A stretch of 10,561 nt of DNA, from the IMG/VR virus record IMGVR_UViG_2663763339_000007, one strand, 5' to 3'. This DNA comes from a virus (lineage: Duplodnaviria; Heunggongvirae; Uroviricota; Caudoviricetes). The notes below the pieces were generated by a model. It was given only the letters and a program-made list of their open reading frames with translations. It had not been told where the DNA came from and ran no database searches. Shown here piece after piece: positions 1 through 9,644 of the stretch. Within the stretch, counting starts at the first letter, position 1. Every line of letters starts with the position of its first letter. The translations under genes were made by a program, and so were the position numbers.

Positions 1-2955
1 CGCAGGATGACGCCGGACAGCACCACAGACCAGCTGCAGAACAAAACGCTCTGGTCGTCATACACCGAAATCATCGATGTGAAACAGTGCTACCCGAACA
101 CGGCACTGGTCGGCGTGCAGGTGGACTCGGAGCAGTTCGGCAGTCAGCAGGTGAGCCGTAATTATCATCTTCGCGGGCGCATTCTGCAGGTGCCGTCGAA
201 CTATAACCCGCAGACGCGGCAATACAGCGGTATCTGGGATGGAACGTTAAAACCGGCATACAGCAACAACATGGCCTGGTGTCTGTGGGATATGCTGACC
301 CACCCGCGCTACGGCATGGGGAAACGTCTTGGTGCGGCGGATGTGGATAAATGGGCGATGTATGTCATCGGCCAGTACTGCGACCAGTCAGTGCCGGACG
401 GCTTTGGCGGCACGGAGCCGCGCATCACCTGTAATGCGTACCTGACCACACAGCGCAAGGCGTGGGATGTGCTCAGTGATTTCTGCTCGGCGATGCGCTG
501 TATGCCGGTATGGAACGGGCAGACGCTGACGTTCGTGCAGGACCGACCATCAGATAAGGTGTGGACCTATAACCGCAGTAATGTGGTGATGCCGGATGAT
601 GGCGCGCCGTTCCGCTACAGCTTCAGCGCCCTGAAGGACCGCCATAATGCCGTTGAGGTGAACTGGATTGACCCGAACAACGGCTGGGAGACGGCGACAG
701 AGCTTGTTGAAGATACGCAGGCCATTGCCCGTTACGGTCGTAATGTCACGAAGATGGATGCCTTTGGTTGTACCAGTCGGGGGCAGGCACACCGCGCCGG
801 GCTGTGGCTGATTAAAACGGAACTGCTGGAAACGCAGACCGTGGACTTCAGCGTGGGTGCTGAAGGGCTTCGCCATGTACCGGGCGATGTCATTGAAATC
901 TGCGATGATGACTATGCCGGTATCAGCATCGGCGGGCGCGTGCTGGCGGTGAACAGCCAGACCCGGACGCTGACGCTCGACCGTGAAATCACTCTGCCAT
1001 CCTCCGGTACCACGCTGATAAGCCTGGTTGACGGAAGTGGCAATCCGGTCAGCGTGGAGGTTCAGTCCGTCACCGACGGCGTGAAGGTGAAAGTGAGCCG
1101 TGTTCCTGACGGTGTTGCAGAATACAGCGTGTGGGGGCTGAAGCTGCCGACGCTGCGCCAGCGCCTGTTCCGCTGCGTGAGTATCCGTGAGAACGACGAC
1201 GGCACGTATGCCATCACCGCCGTGCAGCATGTACCGGAAAAAGAGGCCATCGTGGATAACGGGGCGCACTTTGACGGCGACCAGAGCGGCACGGTGAATG
1301 GTGTCACGCCGCCAGCGGTGCAGCACCTGACCGCCGAAGTCACCGCAGACAGCGGGGAATATCAGGTGCTGGCTCGCTGGGACACGCCGAAGGTGGTGAA
1401 GGGCGTGAGCTTCCTGCTCCGTCTGACCGTAACAGCGGATGACGGCAGTGAGCGGCTGGTCAGCACGGCCCGGACGACGGAAACCACATACCGCTTCAGG
1501 CAACTGGCGCTGGGGCGTTACACGCTGACGGTCCGGGCGGTAAATGCGTGGGGACAGCAGGGCGATCCGGCATCGGTATCGTTCCGGATTGCCGCACCGG
1601 CAGCGCCGTCTCGGATTGAGCTGACACCGGGCTATTTTCAGATAACCGCCACGCCGCATCTTGCGGTTTATGACCCGACGGTACAGTTTGAGTTCTGGTT
1701 CTCGGAAAAACGGATTGCGGATATCAGGCAGGTTGAAACCAGCGCGCGTTATCTTGGTACGGCACTGTACTGGATAGCCGCCAGTATCAATATCAAACCG
1801 GGCCATGATTATTATTTTTACGTTCGCAGTGTGAACACCGTTGGCAAATCGGCATTCGTGGAGGCTGTCGGTCAGCCGAGTGATGATGCATCAGGCTATC
1901 TGGATTTTTTCAAAGGCGAGATAGGGAAAACCCATCTGGCTCAGGAGCTGTGGACGCAGATTGATAACGGTCAGCTTGCGCCTGACCTGACTGAAATCAG
2001 GACGTCCATAACGGATGTCAGCAATGAAATAACACAGACCGTCAATAAGAAACTGGAAGACCAGAGTGCAGCGATCCAGCAGATACAGAAGGTTCAGGTT
2101 GATACAAATAATAACCTGAACAGCATGTGGGCAGTGAAGCTGCAGCAGATGCAGGACGGACGCCTTTATATTGCGGGTATCGGTGCCGGTATTGAGAACA
2201 CCCCTGACGGCATGCAGAGTCAGGTGCTGCTGGCAGCAGACAGGATTGCGATGATTAATCCTGCGAATGGCAACACAAAGCCGATGTTTGTTGGTCAGGG
2301 CGATCAGATATTCATGAATGAAGTGTTCCTGAAACGCCTGACGGCCCCCACCATTACCAGCGGCGGTAATCCTCCGGCATTTTCCCTGACATCAGACGGG
2401 AGACTGACGGCGAAAAATGCGGATATCAGTGGCAGTGTGAATGCGAACTCAGGAACGCTCAACAATGTCACGATTAACCAGAACTGTACGATTAAGGGCA
2501 TGCTGGAGGCGACCCAGGTCAGAGGAGATTTCGTTAAAGCTGTATCAAAAGCCTTCCCGAAAAAAGTCGGTACGTGGGGTAACACGGAAACACCAAACGG
2601 TACGGTTACAGTCACCATCAGCGATGATCATAACTTTGACCGCCAGATTATTATTCCGCCCATTATTTTTAACGGTATAGCGTATGACGATCCGGGGAGC
2701 GGAAATAACCCAGGAGGCACGCGATACACGGGTTATGGTTTTGAAGTTCGCAAAAACGGCGTATTAATCGCATCCAGAGAAACTAAAGGGGCCATTCCCG
2801 GTAGTTACAGTGCAGTTATTGATATGCCGAGTGGCAGGGGAAGCGTCACTCTGGAGTTTAAGATTTTCCAGAAAGGCAATCAGGGGGCAGGCAATATCAC
2901 CGACTGTACGGTGATTGTGACCAAAAAAGCCGCTTCCGGCATCAGTATTCGTTGA
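1..2955 (+). CDS. J: Host-specificity / tail tip protein J, C-terminal ~982 aa; 5' end lies outside the window
   Basis: Uninterrupted frame-1 ORF from the window edge (codons readable from nt 1) to TGA at 2953-2955. The translation matches my recollection of lambda gpJ, and the gene sits directly upstream of lom as in lambda. The internal antisense ORFs show no independent signals. Similarity is recalled, not computed. Confidence 0.93.
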   Translation, partial: RRMTPDSTTDQLQNKTLWSSYTEIIDVKQCYPNTALVGVQVDSEQFGSQQVSRNYHLRGRILQVPSNYNPQTRQYSGIWDGTLKPAYSNNMAWCLWDMLTHPRYGMGKRLGAADVDKWAMYVIGQYCDQSVPDGFGGTEPRITCNAYLTTQRKAWDVLSDFCSAMRCMPVWNGQTLTFVQDRPSDKVWTYNRSNVVMPDDGAPFRYSFSALKDRHNAVEVNWIDPNNGWETATELVEDTQAIARYGRNVTKMDAFGCTSRGQAHRAGLWLIKTELLETQTVDFSVGAEGLRHVPGDVIEICDDDYAGISIGGRVLAVNSQTRTLTLDREITLPSSGTTLISLVDGSGNPVSVEVQSVTDGVKVKVSRVPDGVAEYSVWGLKLPTLRQRLFRCVSIRENDDGTYAITAVQHVPEKEAIVDNGAHFDGDQSGTVNGVTPPAVQHLTAEVTADSGEYQVLARWDTPKVVKGVSFLLRLTVTADDGSERLVSTARTTETTYRFRQLALGRYTLTVRAVNAWGQQGDPASVSFRIAAPAAPSRIELTPGYFQITATPHLAVYDPTVQFEFWFSEKRIADIRQVETSARYLGTALYWIAASINIKPGHDYYFYVRSVNTVGKSAFVEAVGQPSDDASGYLDFFKGEIGKTHLAQELWTQIDNGQLAPDLTEIRTSITDVSNEITQTVNKKLEDQSAAIQQIQKVQVDTNNNLNSMWAVKLQQMQDGRLYIAGIGAGIENTPDGMQSQVLLAADRIAMINPANGNTKPMFVGQGDQIFMNEVFLKRLTAPTITSGGNPPAFSLTSDGRLTAKNADISGSVNANSGTLNNVTINQNCTIKGMLEATQVRGDFVKAVSKAFPKKVGTWGNTETPNGTVTVTISDDHNFDRQIIIPPIIFNGIAYDDPGSGNNPGGTRYTGYGFEVRKNGVLIASRETKGAIPGSYSAVIDMPSGRGSVTLEFKIFQKGNQGAGNITDCTVIVTKKAASGISIR

Positions 2956-2976
2956 AATATTTATAACCCCAATAAA

Positions 2977-3001
2977 GGGCGTCAGGAATGACGCCTTTTT
3001 T
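2977..3001 (+). terminator. Rho-independent terminator downstream of J
   Basis: Stem GGCGTCA (2978-2984), loop GGAA, stem TGACGCC (2989-2995), then a T-run 2996-3001, about 20 nt after the J stop codon. Confidence 0.75.
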
Positions 3002-3025
3002 ATTGCAGAAAAGCGAGAGGTAATT

Positions 3026-3625
3026 ATGCGTAAAGTTTGTGCAGCAATTTTGTCCGCAGCCATTTGTCTGGCCGTATCCGGTGCGCCTGCATGGGCGTCT
3101 GAACATCAGTCCACGCTGAGCGCGGGGTATCTTCATGCCTCGACGAACGTCCCCGGCAGCGATGATCTGAACGGGATTAACGTGAAATACCGTTATGAGT
3201 TTACGGACACACTGGGGCTGGTGACGTCATTCAGCTATGCAGGAGACAAGAATCGCCAGCTGACCCGTTACAGCGATACCCGCTGGCATGAAGATTCCGT
3301 TCGTAACCGCTGGTTCAGCGTAATGGCGGGGCCGTCTGTGCGCGTGAATGAATGGTTCAGCGCGTATGCGATGGCGGGTGTAGCTTACAACCGTGTGTCG
3401 ACTTTCTCCGGGGATTATCTTCGCGTAACTGACAACAAGGGGAAAAAGCACGATGTGCTGACCGGAAGTGATGACGGTCGCCACAGCAACACGTCTCTGG
3501 CGTGGGGGGCTGGCGTGCAGTTTAACCCGACCGAATCCGTGGCCATTGATATTGCTTATGAAGGCTCCGGCAGTGGTGACTGGCGCACTGACGGTTTCAT
3601 CGTGGGTGTCGGTTATAAATTCTGA
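3026..3625 (+). CDS. lom: Outer membrane protein Lom (Ail/Lom/PagC/OmpX family beta-barrel), 199 aa
   Basis: ATG at 3026 preceded by GAGAGG (3015-3020). N-terminal signal peptide MRKVCAAILSAAICLAVSGAPAWA. C-terminal aromatic residue (…GVGYKF), typical of outer membrane beta-barrels. Sequence matches my recollection of lambda Lom, and the position between J and stf is as in lambda. Confidence 0.93.
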   Translation: MRKVCAAILSAAICLAVSGAPAWASEHQSTLSAGYLHASTNVPGSDDLNGINVKYRYEFTDTLGLVTSFSYAGDKNRQLTRYSDTRWHEDSVRNRWFSVMAGPSVRVNEWFSAYAMAGVAYNRVSTFSGDYLRVTDNKGKKHDVLTGSDDGRHSNTSLAWGAGVQFNPTESVAIDIAYEGSGSGDWRTDGFIVGVGYKF

Positions 3626-3651
3626 TTAGCCAGGTAACACAGTGTTATGAC

Positions 3652-3678
3652 AGCCCGCCGGTTCAGGCGGGCTTTTTT
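3652..3678 (+). terminator. Rho-independent terminator downstream of lom
   Basis: Stem GCCCGCC (3653-3659), loop ~GGTTCA, stem GGCGGGC (3666-3672), then TTTTTT (3673-3678). Confidence 0.8.
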
Positions 3679-3689
3679 GTGGGGTGAAT

Positions 3690-6380
3690 ATGGCAGTAAA
3701 GATTTCAGGTGTACTGAAAGACGGCACAGGAAAACCGGTACAGAACTGCACAATCCAGCTGAAAGCAAAACGTAACAGCACCACGGTGGTGGTGAACACG
3801 CTGGCCTCAGAAAATCCGGATGAAGCCGGGCGTTACAGCATGGACGTTGAGTACGGGCAGTACAGCGTTATTCTGTTGGTGGAGGGATTCCCGCCGTCAC
3901 ATGCCGGGACCATCACCGTGTATGAAGATTCCCGACCCGGTACGCTGAATGATTTTCTCGGTGCCATGACGGAGGATGATGCCCGTCCTGAGGCACTGCG
4001 CCGTTTTGAACTGATGGTGGAAGAGGTGGCGCGTAACGCGTCCGCGGTGGCACAGAACACGGCAGCCGCGAAGAAGTCAGCCAGCGATGCCAGCACATCA
4101 GCCCGTGAGGCGGCAACCCATGCGACTGATGCTGCAGATTCAGCACGTGCAGCCAGCACGTCAGCCGGACAGGCCGCTTCGTCGGCTCAGTCAGCGTCTT
4201 CCAGCGCAGGAACGGCATCAACAAAGGCCACTGAAGCCTCAAAAAGTGCTGCCGCTGCAGAGTCCTCAAAAAGCGTGGCAGCTACCAGTGCCGGTGCGGC
4301 GAAAACGTCAGAAACGAATGCCGCAGCGTCAGAACAATCAGCCGCCACTTCTGCATCCACCGCGACCACGAAAGCGTCAGAAGCTGCCACCTCAGCCCGG
4401 GATGCGGCGGCCTCAAAAGAGGCAGCGAAATCATCAGAAACGAACGCGAAAGCGTCGGAAACCCGTGCAGAATCCTCAAAAACGGCAGCGGCATCGTCCG
4501 CCAGTTCGGCGGCGTCATCGGCATCATCGGCGTCTGCTTCAAAAGATGAGGCGACCAGACAGGCGTCAGCAGCGAAGGGCAGCGCCACGACGGCATCCAC
4601 GAAGGCGACAGAGGCTGCTGGTAGTGCGAAGGCAGCAGCTCAGAGCAAAAGTACGGCGGAATCTGCAGCAACGCGCGCTGAGACAGCGGCAAAACGGGCA
4701 GAGGATATTGCATCCGCCGTGGCGCTTGAGGATGCGAGCACGACGAAAAAGGGGATAGTACAGCTCAGTAGTGCGACTAACAGCACTTCCGAGTCACTGG
4801 CGGCAACACCAAAAGCCGTTAAGGCCGCGTATGACCTGGCTAGCGGGAAATACACCGCACAGGATGCAACGACAGCACAGAAAGGGATAATCCAGCTAAG
4901 CAGCGCGACCAACAGCACGTCTGAAACGCTGGCGGCAACGCCAAAGGCAGTAAAAGCAGCCAATGACAATGCTGAGAAACGTCTGCAGAAAGATCAGAAC
5001 GGTGCGGATATCCCTGGCAAAGACACCTTTACGAAAAATATTGGTGCCTGCCGTGCCTTCGGTGGGTCAGTAAGCACAACAACAGGAAACTGGACGACTG
5101 CACAGTTTATCGAGTGGCTGGATTCTCAGGGAGCATTTAACCATCCATACTGGATGTGCAAGGGTTCCTGGTCTTATGGCAATAATAAAATCATTACTGA
5201 TACTGGCTGCGGTAATATTCATCTCGCCGGAGCTGTCATTGAAGTAATGGGGATAAAGTCAGCGATGACGATCCGCATTACCACTCCGACCACATCCAGC
5301 GGTGGCGGAACAACCAACGCCCAGTTTACCTATATTAATCACGGAACAGATTATTCACCTGGCTGGCGAAGGGACTATAACTCCAGAAATAAGCCAACGG
5401 CATCAGAGATCGGGGCGCTACCGTCAGGTGGAACAGCAGTATCATCAGTTAATCTGGCTTCAAAAGGTCGGGTAGCCGCGCTGACAGACAATACGCAGGG
5501 GGCAGCAGGTCTTGAGTTATACGAGGTGTATAACAACGGATATCCAACAACGTATGGAAATATCATTCACCTGAAAGGGATGACAGCCGTTGGCGAAGGT
5601 GAGTTACTCATCGGCTGGAGTGGTACAAGCGGTGCTCATGCTCCGGCATTTATTCGTTCACGACGGGATACGACCGACGCAAACTGGTCGCCGTGGGCGC
5701 AGCTTTACACCTCGGCTCATCCTCCTGCAGAGTTTTATCCAGTCGGTGCACCAATCCCGTGGCCATCAGATACCGTTCCGTCTGGTTATGTCCTGATGCA
5801 GGGGCAGACTTTTGACAAATCTGCATACCCGAAACTTGCAGCCGCTTATCCGTCAGGCGTGATCCCTGATATGCGTGGCTGGACGATTAAGGGCAAACCT
5901 GCCAGTGGTCGGGCCGTATTGTCTCAGGAACAGGACGGCATTAAATCGCACACCCACAGCGCCAGCGCATCCAGTACGGATTTGGGGACGAAAACCACAT
6001 CGTCGTTTGATTACGGCACTAAATCCACGAATAACATCGGGGCGCATACGCACAGTGTGAGCGGTACAGCCGCAAGTGCCGGAAACCATACTCATAGTGT
6101 CACAGGCGCATCAGCAGTCAGCCAGTGGTCACAAAATGGGTCAGTACATAAGGTAGTGTCTGCGGCCAGTGTGAATACAAGTGCTGCAGGAGCGCACACT
6201 CATAGTGTCAGCGGCACAGCTGCATCTGCAGGTGCTCACGCACATACTGTCGGTATTGGTGCTCATACGCACTCGGTTGCGATTGGCTCACATGGACACA
6301 CCATCACCGTTAACGCTGCTGGTAACGCGGAAAACACCGTCAAAAACATCGCATTTAACTATATTGTGAGGCTTGCATGA
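3690..6380 (+). CDS. stf: Side tail fibre protein Stf, full length (~896 aa from ATG 3690; the ORF track starts at in-frame GTG 3684)
   Basis: ATG 3690 preceded by a G-rich SD (GGGGTG, 3681-3686). N-terminus [26 protein letters not shown]… matches my recollection of lambda Stf. Contains a long Ala/Ser/Thr-rich shaft, two copies of the phage tail fibre repeat, and a C-terminal tip with repeated GAHTHSV / GAHAHTV / GSHGHTI motifs ending …[11 protein letters not shown]. The stop TGA (6378-6380) overlaps the next ATG. Confidence 0.93.
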   Translation: MAVKISGVLKDGTGKPVQNCTIQLKAKRNSTTVVVNTLASENPDEAGRYSMDVEYGQYSVILLVEGFPPSHAGTITVYEDSRPGTLNDFLGAMTEDDARPEALRRFELMVEEVARNASAVAQNTAAAKKSASDASTSAREAATHATDAADSARAASTSAGQAASSAQSASSSAGTASTKATEASKSAAAAESSKSVAATSAGAAKTSETNAAASEQSAATSASTATTKASEAATSARDAAASKEAAKSSETNAKASETRAESSKTAAASSASSAASSASSASASKDEATRQASAAKGSATTASTKATEAAGSAKAAAQSKSTAESAATRAETAAKRAEDIASAVALEDASTTKKGIVQLSSATNSTSESLAATPKAVKAAYDLASGKYTAQDATTAQKGIIQLSSATNSTSETLAATPKAVKAANDNAEKRLQKDQNGADIPGKDTFTKNIGACRAFGGSVSTTTGNWTTAQFIEWLDSQGAFNHPYWMCKGSWSYGNNKIITDTGCGNIHLAGAVIEVMGIKSAMTIRITTPTTSSGGGTTNAQFTYINHGTDYSPGWRRDYNSRNKPTASEIGALPSGGTAVSSVNLASKGRVAALTDNTQGAAGLELYEVYNNGYPTTYGNIIHLKGMTAVGEGELLIGWSGTSGAHAPAFIRSRRDTTDANWSPWAQLYTSAHPPAEFYPVGAPIPWPSDTVPSGYVLMQGQTFDKSAYPKLAAAYPSGVIPDMRGWTIKGKPASGRAVLSQEQDGIKSHTHSASASSTDLGTKTTSSFDYGTKSTNNIGAHTHSVSGTAASAGNHTHSVTGASAVSQWSQNGSVHKVVSAASVNTSAAGAHTHSVSGTAASAGAHAHTVGIGAHTHSVAIGSHGHTITVNAAGNAENTVKNIAFNYIVRLA
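4060..4730 (+). repeat. Ala/Ser/Thr-rich low-complexity coding region of the Stf shaft
   Basis: Translation is dominated by short A/S/T/K/E-containing units (…[48 protein letters not shown]…). This explains the many long alternative-frame ORFs in the track over 3833-4969. Coordinates are approximate. Confidence 0.7.
4746..4962 (+). repeat. Tandem duplicated ~44-codon coding repeat within stf (phage tail fibre repeat motif)
   Basis: Peptide [32 protein letters not shown] is followed about 132 nt later by [32 protein letters not shown]. The nucleotide copies at about 4746-4830 and 4878-4962 are clearly related but diverged. Confidence 0.8.
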
Positions 6381-7279
6381 TTACGCTCATTCTTTCTGCA
6401 CCAGTAACCGAAATGGCTGAAGCATTTAAGCGGGTATTTGCAAATGCAGATAATGTGAATATTGTCGGAAAGCCATTTGAAACAATCAGAGAATTTGACT
6501 GCATGGTAAGTGCGGCAAATAGTTTCGGCCTGATGGATGGCGGTGTTGATGCCGCCATTACCACATTCTTCGGTTCTCAGCTACAGGCCCGCGTTCAGAA
6601 TCATATTCTTCGTGAATATCTCGGCGAGCAGCCTGTAGGTTCTGCATTTGTTATTGAAACGGGGCATAATTATCACCCCTGGCTGGTACATGCGCCAACA
6701 ATGCGTGTTCCGTTGACAATTGACGGAACAGACGCTGTATATAACGCAACTTGGGCAGCTCTACTTGCTATCTTTCAGCACAATAAAAACGCAACGACAG
6801 ACAGGAAAATAAAGACGGTGGTATTCCCTGCAATGGGAGCCGGATGTGGTCAGGTGCCGTTTGAAAGCGTTGCCCGGCAGATGAAGCAGGCATGGGATAA
6901 CTTTAATAAAAAAACAGAATCAATTAACTGGGAATACGCACAATCCCGCCAGTCGGCAGTATTTGGCACATATGCATACTGTCCGGGTAATTCTGTTTGC
7001 CGTTATGCGGATACTAAATATATTGGATGCGGCGATTATCGGACGTATTGCTCACGTTCCGGGCAGGTCTGTATTAACCCTGAACATCAGGCTGATGATG
7101 TACTGATACAACATCAGGCTAATAACCGGTTTCGCCCTGGTTCGCATATACACCGGATTAATCCAGAAAATCCTGTAGGTAATGTCATCTCTGGCGCACA
7201 TAGCCACGGAAGTAGCATCGTTATTGGTGCTCACACCCATACGCTCAATAAACAATATTCTGTCTCTGATATTAAGTAG
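6377..7279 (+). CDS. Macro-domain (ADP-ribose binding/processing-like) protein with a Cys-rich linker and a tail-fibre-tip-like HxH C-terminus, 300 aa; inserted between stf and tfa
   Basis: ATG 6377 overlaps the stf stop (ATGA) and is preceded by GAGG (6368-6371). Macro-domain motifs read directly from the translation: [21 protein letters not shown] (cf. the canonical VNAAN…GGGVDGAI), [21 protein letters not shown], and [14 protein letters not shown] (cf. AFPAISTGVYGYP). The C-terminal ~120 aa has five Cys ([32 protein letters not shown]), then GSHIH…[17 protein letters not shown], resembling the stf tip HxH repeats. The ORF is visibly AT-richer than stf. Family assignment is motif-based only. 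Confidence 0.7.
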   Translation: MITLILSAPVTEMAEAFKRVFANADNVNIVGKPFETIREFDCMVSAANSFGLMDGGVDAAITTFFGSQLQARVQNHILREYLGEQPVGSAFVIETGHNYHPWLVHAPTMRVPLTIDGTDAVYNATWAALLAIFQHNKNATTDRKIKTVVFPAMGAGCGQVPFESVARQMKQAWDNFNKKTESINWEYAQSRQSAVFGTYAYCPGNSVCRYADTKYIGCGDYRTYCSRSGQVCINPEHQADDVLIQHQANNRFRPGSHIHRINPENPVGNVISGAHSHGSSIVIGAHTHTLNKQYSVSDIK

Positions 7280-7287
7280 AGGTGAAC

Positions 7288-7863
7288 ATGGATTTCAGAA
7301 TGAGTGAACAACCACGGACCATAACAATTTATAATCTGCTGGCCGGAACTAATGAATTTATTGGTGAAGGTGACGCATACATTCCGCCTCATACAGGTCT
7401 GCCAGCAAACAGTACCGATATTGCACCGCCAGATATTCCGGCTGGTTTCGTGGCTGTTTTCAACAGTGATGAGTCATCGTGGCATCTCGTTGAAGATCAT
7501 CGGGGTAAAACGGTTTATGACGTGGCTTCCGGCGACGCGTTATTTATTTCTGAACTCGGCTCATTACCGGAAAATGTCACCTGGTTATCCCCGGAAGGGG
7601 AGTTTCAGAAGTGGAACGGCACAGCCTGGGTGAAGGATACGGAAGCAGAAAAACTGTTCCGGATCCGGGAGGCGGAAGAAACAAAAAACAGCCTGATGCA
7701 GGTAGCCAGTGAGCATATAGCGCCGCTTCAGGATGCTGTGGATCTGGAGATCGCAACGGAGAAAGAAACCTTGTTGCTGGAAGCCTGGAAAAAGTATCGG
7801 GTGTTGCTGAACCGTGTTGATACATCAACTGCACCGGATATTGAATGGCCAGCCCTACCGTAG
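7288..7863 (+). CDS. tfa: Tail fibre assembly protein Tfa (~191 aa from ATG 7288; the ORF track starts at in-frame GTG 7282)
   Basis: ATG 7288 preceded by GAGG (7279-7282). Translation [79 protein letters not shown]… matches my recollection of lambda Tfa. Confidence 0.92.
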   Translation: MDFRMSEQPRTITIYNLLAGTNEFIGEGDAYIPPHTGLPANSTDIAPPDIPAGFVAVFNSDESSWHLVEDHRGKTVYDVASGDALFISELGSLPENVTWLSPEGEFQKWNGTAWVKDTEAEKLFRIREAEETKNSLMQVASEHIAPLQDAVDLEIATEKETLLLEAWKKYRVLLNRVDTSTAPDIEWPALP

Positions 7864-7960
7864 GGTAAGATATATAAATTCTATAATTAGAAGTATCTTT
7901 CCATTTAAGGCTAGGAAGGGGGGCTTGGAAAACGTAAGGAATCTCACACCGAGATTATTT

Positions 7961-8551
7961 TTATATATCAGGTGTCTGATTTTTTGCTTTAGCTCTTAAA
8001 ATGGTTTGCCGCGAGGTTTTGAATTCTTGGGCAATGTCACTTATATTTATACCTGACTTAATTTGCTCTAGTACCCTCTGTATTTGTTCATCATTTAACA
8101 CAGGTGGGCGACCAAATCGCTTTCCTGCGCCCCGTGCTCTTAATATCCCTGAATGAGTACGCTCAAGTAAAAGGTCTCGCTCAAATTCAGCGACTGCTGA
8201 AATTACTTGCATCATCATTTTTCCAGGTGGACTGGTCAGGTCAACGCCCCCCAATGCTAAGCAATGCACTTTGATACCTGCTTTGGTCAGTTGTTCCACC
8301 GTTTTACTGATATCCATTGGATTACAACCGAGGCGATCCAGTTTTGTGACAATCAATGCATCACCTCTTTTCAGTCGATCAAGCAACTGGTTAAAACCAG
8401 GACGCTCACTGGTTGCTGCTGAGCCGCTAATTTGTTCTTCAATTATTTGCTGAGATTTGATGTTAAAACCTGCACTTTCGATTTCCCGACGTTGATTTTT
8501 GGTTGTCTTTTCCAGAGTTGATACCCGACAGTAAGCATAAATTCGAGACAT
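7961..8551 (-). CDS. Small serine recombinase (resolvase/invertase family), 196 aa
   Basis: N-terminal catalytic region [20 protein letters not shown] with the serine-nucleophile context YxRVST. Conserved acidic/Arg positions (…[12 protein letters not shown]…, …[12 protein letters not shown]…). A GRPP motif is followed by a C-terminal helix-turn-helix-like segment ([19 protein letters not shown]). The N-terminus differs from the Pin/Gin/Hin consensus as I recall it, so resolvase versus invertase is not assigned. Confidence 0.88.
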   Translation of the reverse strand: MSRIYAYCRVSTLEKTTKNQRREIESAGFNIKSQQIIEEQISGSAATSERPGFNQLLDRLKRGDALIVTKLDRLGCNPMDISKTVEQLTKAGIKVHCLALGGVDLTSPPGKMMMQVISAVAEFERDLLLERTHSGILRARGAGKRFGRPPVLNDEQIQRVLEQIKSGINISDIAQEFKTSRQTILRAKAKNQTPDI

Positions 8552-8576
8552 AGTGAGATCTTCTATACGAAATTGG

Positions 8577-8712
8577 TGTACATATCATAATGCATCTCAG
8601 AAAATAATTTTGATTATTTTTGTACATATTTGTATGTACACGTTCGAAAATAAACGAATGCGTATGCAACCCCGTAATTTTGGTGAGACCCAAAATCGAT
8701 TTTGTGAAAAAT
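8577..8712. promoter_or_regulatory. Cluster of palindromes in the recombinase upstream region: candidate operator and/or recombination (res/crossover) site
   Basis: TGTACATA occurs at 8577-8584 and 8621-8628, with its reverse complement TATGTACA at 8633-8640, giving a perfect 8-bp inverted repeat with a 4-bp spacer at 8621-8640. A perfect 14-bp palindrome CAAAATCGATTTTG lies at 8691-8704, overlapping ATTTTGG(8677-8683)/CCAAAAT(8690-8696). These lie 26-160 bp upstream of the recombinase start codon (8551, minus strand). Confidence 0.35.
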
Positions 8713-8869
8713 GGCCTTAACTCGGTTTGTTTTTCGAGTTCCGGGCGGACTCAAGGAAGAAGAATAGTGTTGCGTGTTATTTTAACCAGATTTCAAGTTG
8801 TTTGGTCGTGGAAAAGTGGAGCAAAATGTTGTTAAAGTGGAAAAATGATAAGAAAGTAAGTTTATTATA

Positions 8870-9103
8870 TTACATTTTACCATTTAAATTTTTGTTGTCT
8901 TTAAGAACTGATATCGCTGTTTGTAATAATTCTTTGTTATCCAGCCATGACTTTTTCTTTATGTTTCCTTCAATGTAATCAAGCAATGTTCTGGTATTGA
9001 TAGGTCTTCCCTGTTTTGCTACTTCCACTACAGCATCCCCTAGGATAATTCTTACTTCAGGAAGCTGCGCAGGGAACCACTTTAGGGTGTCTTTTGATTT
9101 CAT
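8870..9103 (-). CDS. Hypothetical small protein (77 aa from ATG 9103; 88 aa if started at 9136)
   Basis: Open frame in an AT-rich region where stops are frequent. The internal Met at 9103-9101 has an AAGGA SD (reverse complement of 9112-9116) about 8 nt upstream, whereas the ORF-track start at 9136 has no recognisable SD. No recognisable motif in MKSKDTLKWFPAQLPEVRIILGDAVVEVAKQGRPINTRTLLDYIEGNIKKKSWLDNKELLQTAISVLKDNKNLNGKM. Confidence 0.45.
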   Translation of the reverse strand: MKSKDTLKWFPAQLPEVRIILGDAVVEVAKQGRPINTRTLLDYIEGNIKKKSWLDNKELLQTAISVLKDNKNLNGKM

Positions 9104-9603
9104 GAAGATATTCCTTAAAATATTATTGATTTTCATTGCGATATTGTATGTCTGATTCAGGATATGTTGACTTATACATCGGTTTTGTCTGGGTTATTGG
9201 ATATGCCAATCCCTAATTTTATTAGAGCATGACTAAAAATGCTGAATATGATAAGGAGCGAAGTGATTATCAGTATGCTGTTCATATAGCCTCGAATTAG
9301 TAATGTGTTATATATGATATAGTTGACAATTTTTATCCTGGGTGTTCTTAAAGTTCGTAGATAAACATTGTCGTTTCAGGTATACAGGAATGCTAACAGG
9401 TGGCGGCAAAAATCAGGCGGTTTATGGCGCAAGCTGAAGTGTCAACTGCAAACTATCTTATGCAGAGACTCTACACGGATTGGGTTTAAAAGTATACATA
9501 GATAACAGTTTTTATCTGAAGAAGAAAAATATCAAGGTGATATAGCCTATATGCCTATGATGCGGAGGAATGAATGTGATGGGAGTGATGTATCTGAATA
9601 GTT

Positions 9604-9644
9604 GAAAAACCGCAGACACGCCTTATGCAAGAACGTGCTGCGGT
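9604..9644 (-). terminator. Rho-independent terminator downstream of the methyltransferase-like gene (minus strand)
   Basis: On the minus strand, ACCGCAGCACG (stem), a ~13-nt loop, CGTGTCTGCGGT (stem with one bulged base), then a T-run (plus-strand A-run 9604-9608), immediately after the stop codon at 9651-9653. Confidence 0.65.

Noticed and set aside
71-2680. Antisense and alternative-frame ORFs inside J (71-259 -, 550-1806 - at 418 aa, 1062-1343 -, 2304-2618 -, 2441-2680 +)
   Set aside because: They lie entirely within the strongly supported J reading frame, have Arg/Pro/Cys-rich low-complexity translations typical of off-frame readings of GC-rich coding DNA, and have no start-site signals. 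The 418-aa one is long only because GC-rich antisense strands are stop-poor.
2764-3484. Minus-strand ORFs 2764-3063, 2942-3136 and 3227-3484 overlapping the J 3' end, the J terminator and lom
   Set aside because: They overlap well-supported genes and a terminator on the opposite strand, and their translations have no recognisable features.
3833-4969. Several long alternative-frame ORFs over the stf shaft, including an Arg/Gln/Pro-rich 223-aa + strand frame (4087-4758) and Ala-rich minus-strand frames
   Set aside because: They are produced by the repetitive Ala/Ser/Thr-rich codon composition of stf. The translations are extreme low-complexity and nested within the correct stf frame.
5375-7834. 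Short ORFs inside the stf 3' half, the macro-domain ORF and tfa (5375-5566 -, 5590-5796 +, 5853-6095 -, 5875-6060 +, 6181-6369 +, 6355-6564 -, 7052-7255 -, 7352-7633 +, 7577-7834 -)
   Set aside because: All are nested in or antisense to better-supported genes and have no ribosome-binding sites or recognisable motifs.
7940-7960. Short hairpin AATCTC-ACACC-GAGATT (7940-7956) followed by an AT-rich stretch, as a possible tfa terminator
   Set aside because: The stem is only 6 bp and AT-rich, and the downstream run is interrupted (ATTTTTATATAT). Too weak to call. It also overlaps the 3' end region of the convergent recombinase gene.
6377-8551. Gin/Pin-type invertible tail-fibre segment (alternative fibre C-terminus plus tfa in inverted orientation, next to an invertase)
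   Set aside because: Considered because a serine recombinase sits next to stf and tfa. There is no inverted second fibre-tip/tfa pair in the window: the extra tfa-like sequence at 10481-10561 is in direct orientation. The recombinase N-terminus also differs from the Pin/Gin/Hin consensus as I remember it. Not excluded for sites outside the window, but not supported here.
7814-8978. ORFs 7814-7999 +, 8271-8453 +, 8463-8693 -, 8620-8835 + and 8727-8978 + in and around the recombinase gene and its upstream region
   Set aside because: They overlap the recombinase or the 77-88 aa gene on the opposite strand, or sit in the palindrome-rich upstream region, and have hydrophobic or low-complexity translations. 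This is more likely regulatory DNA than coding.
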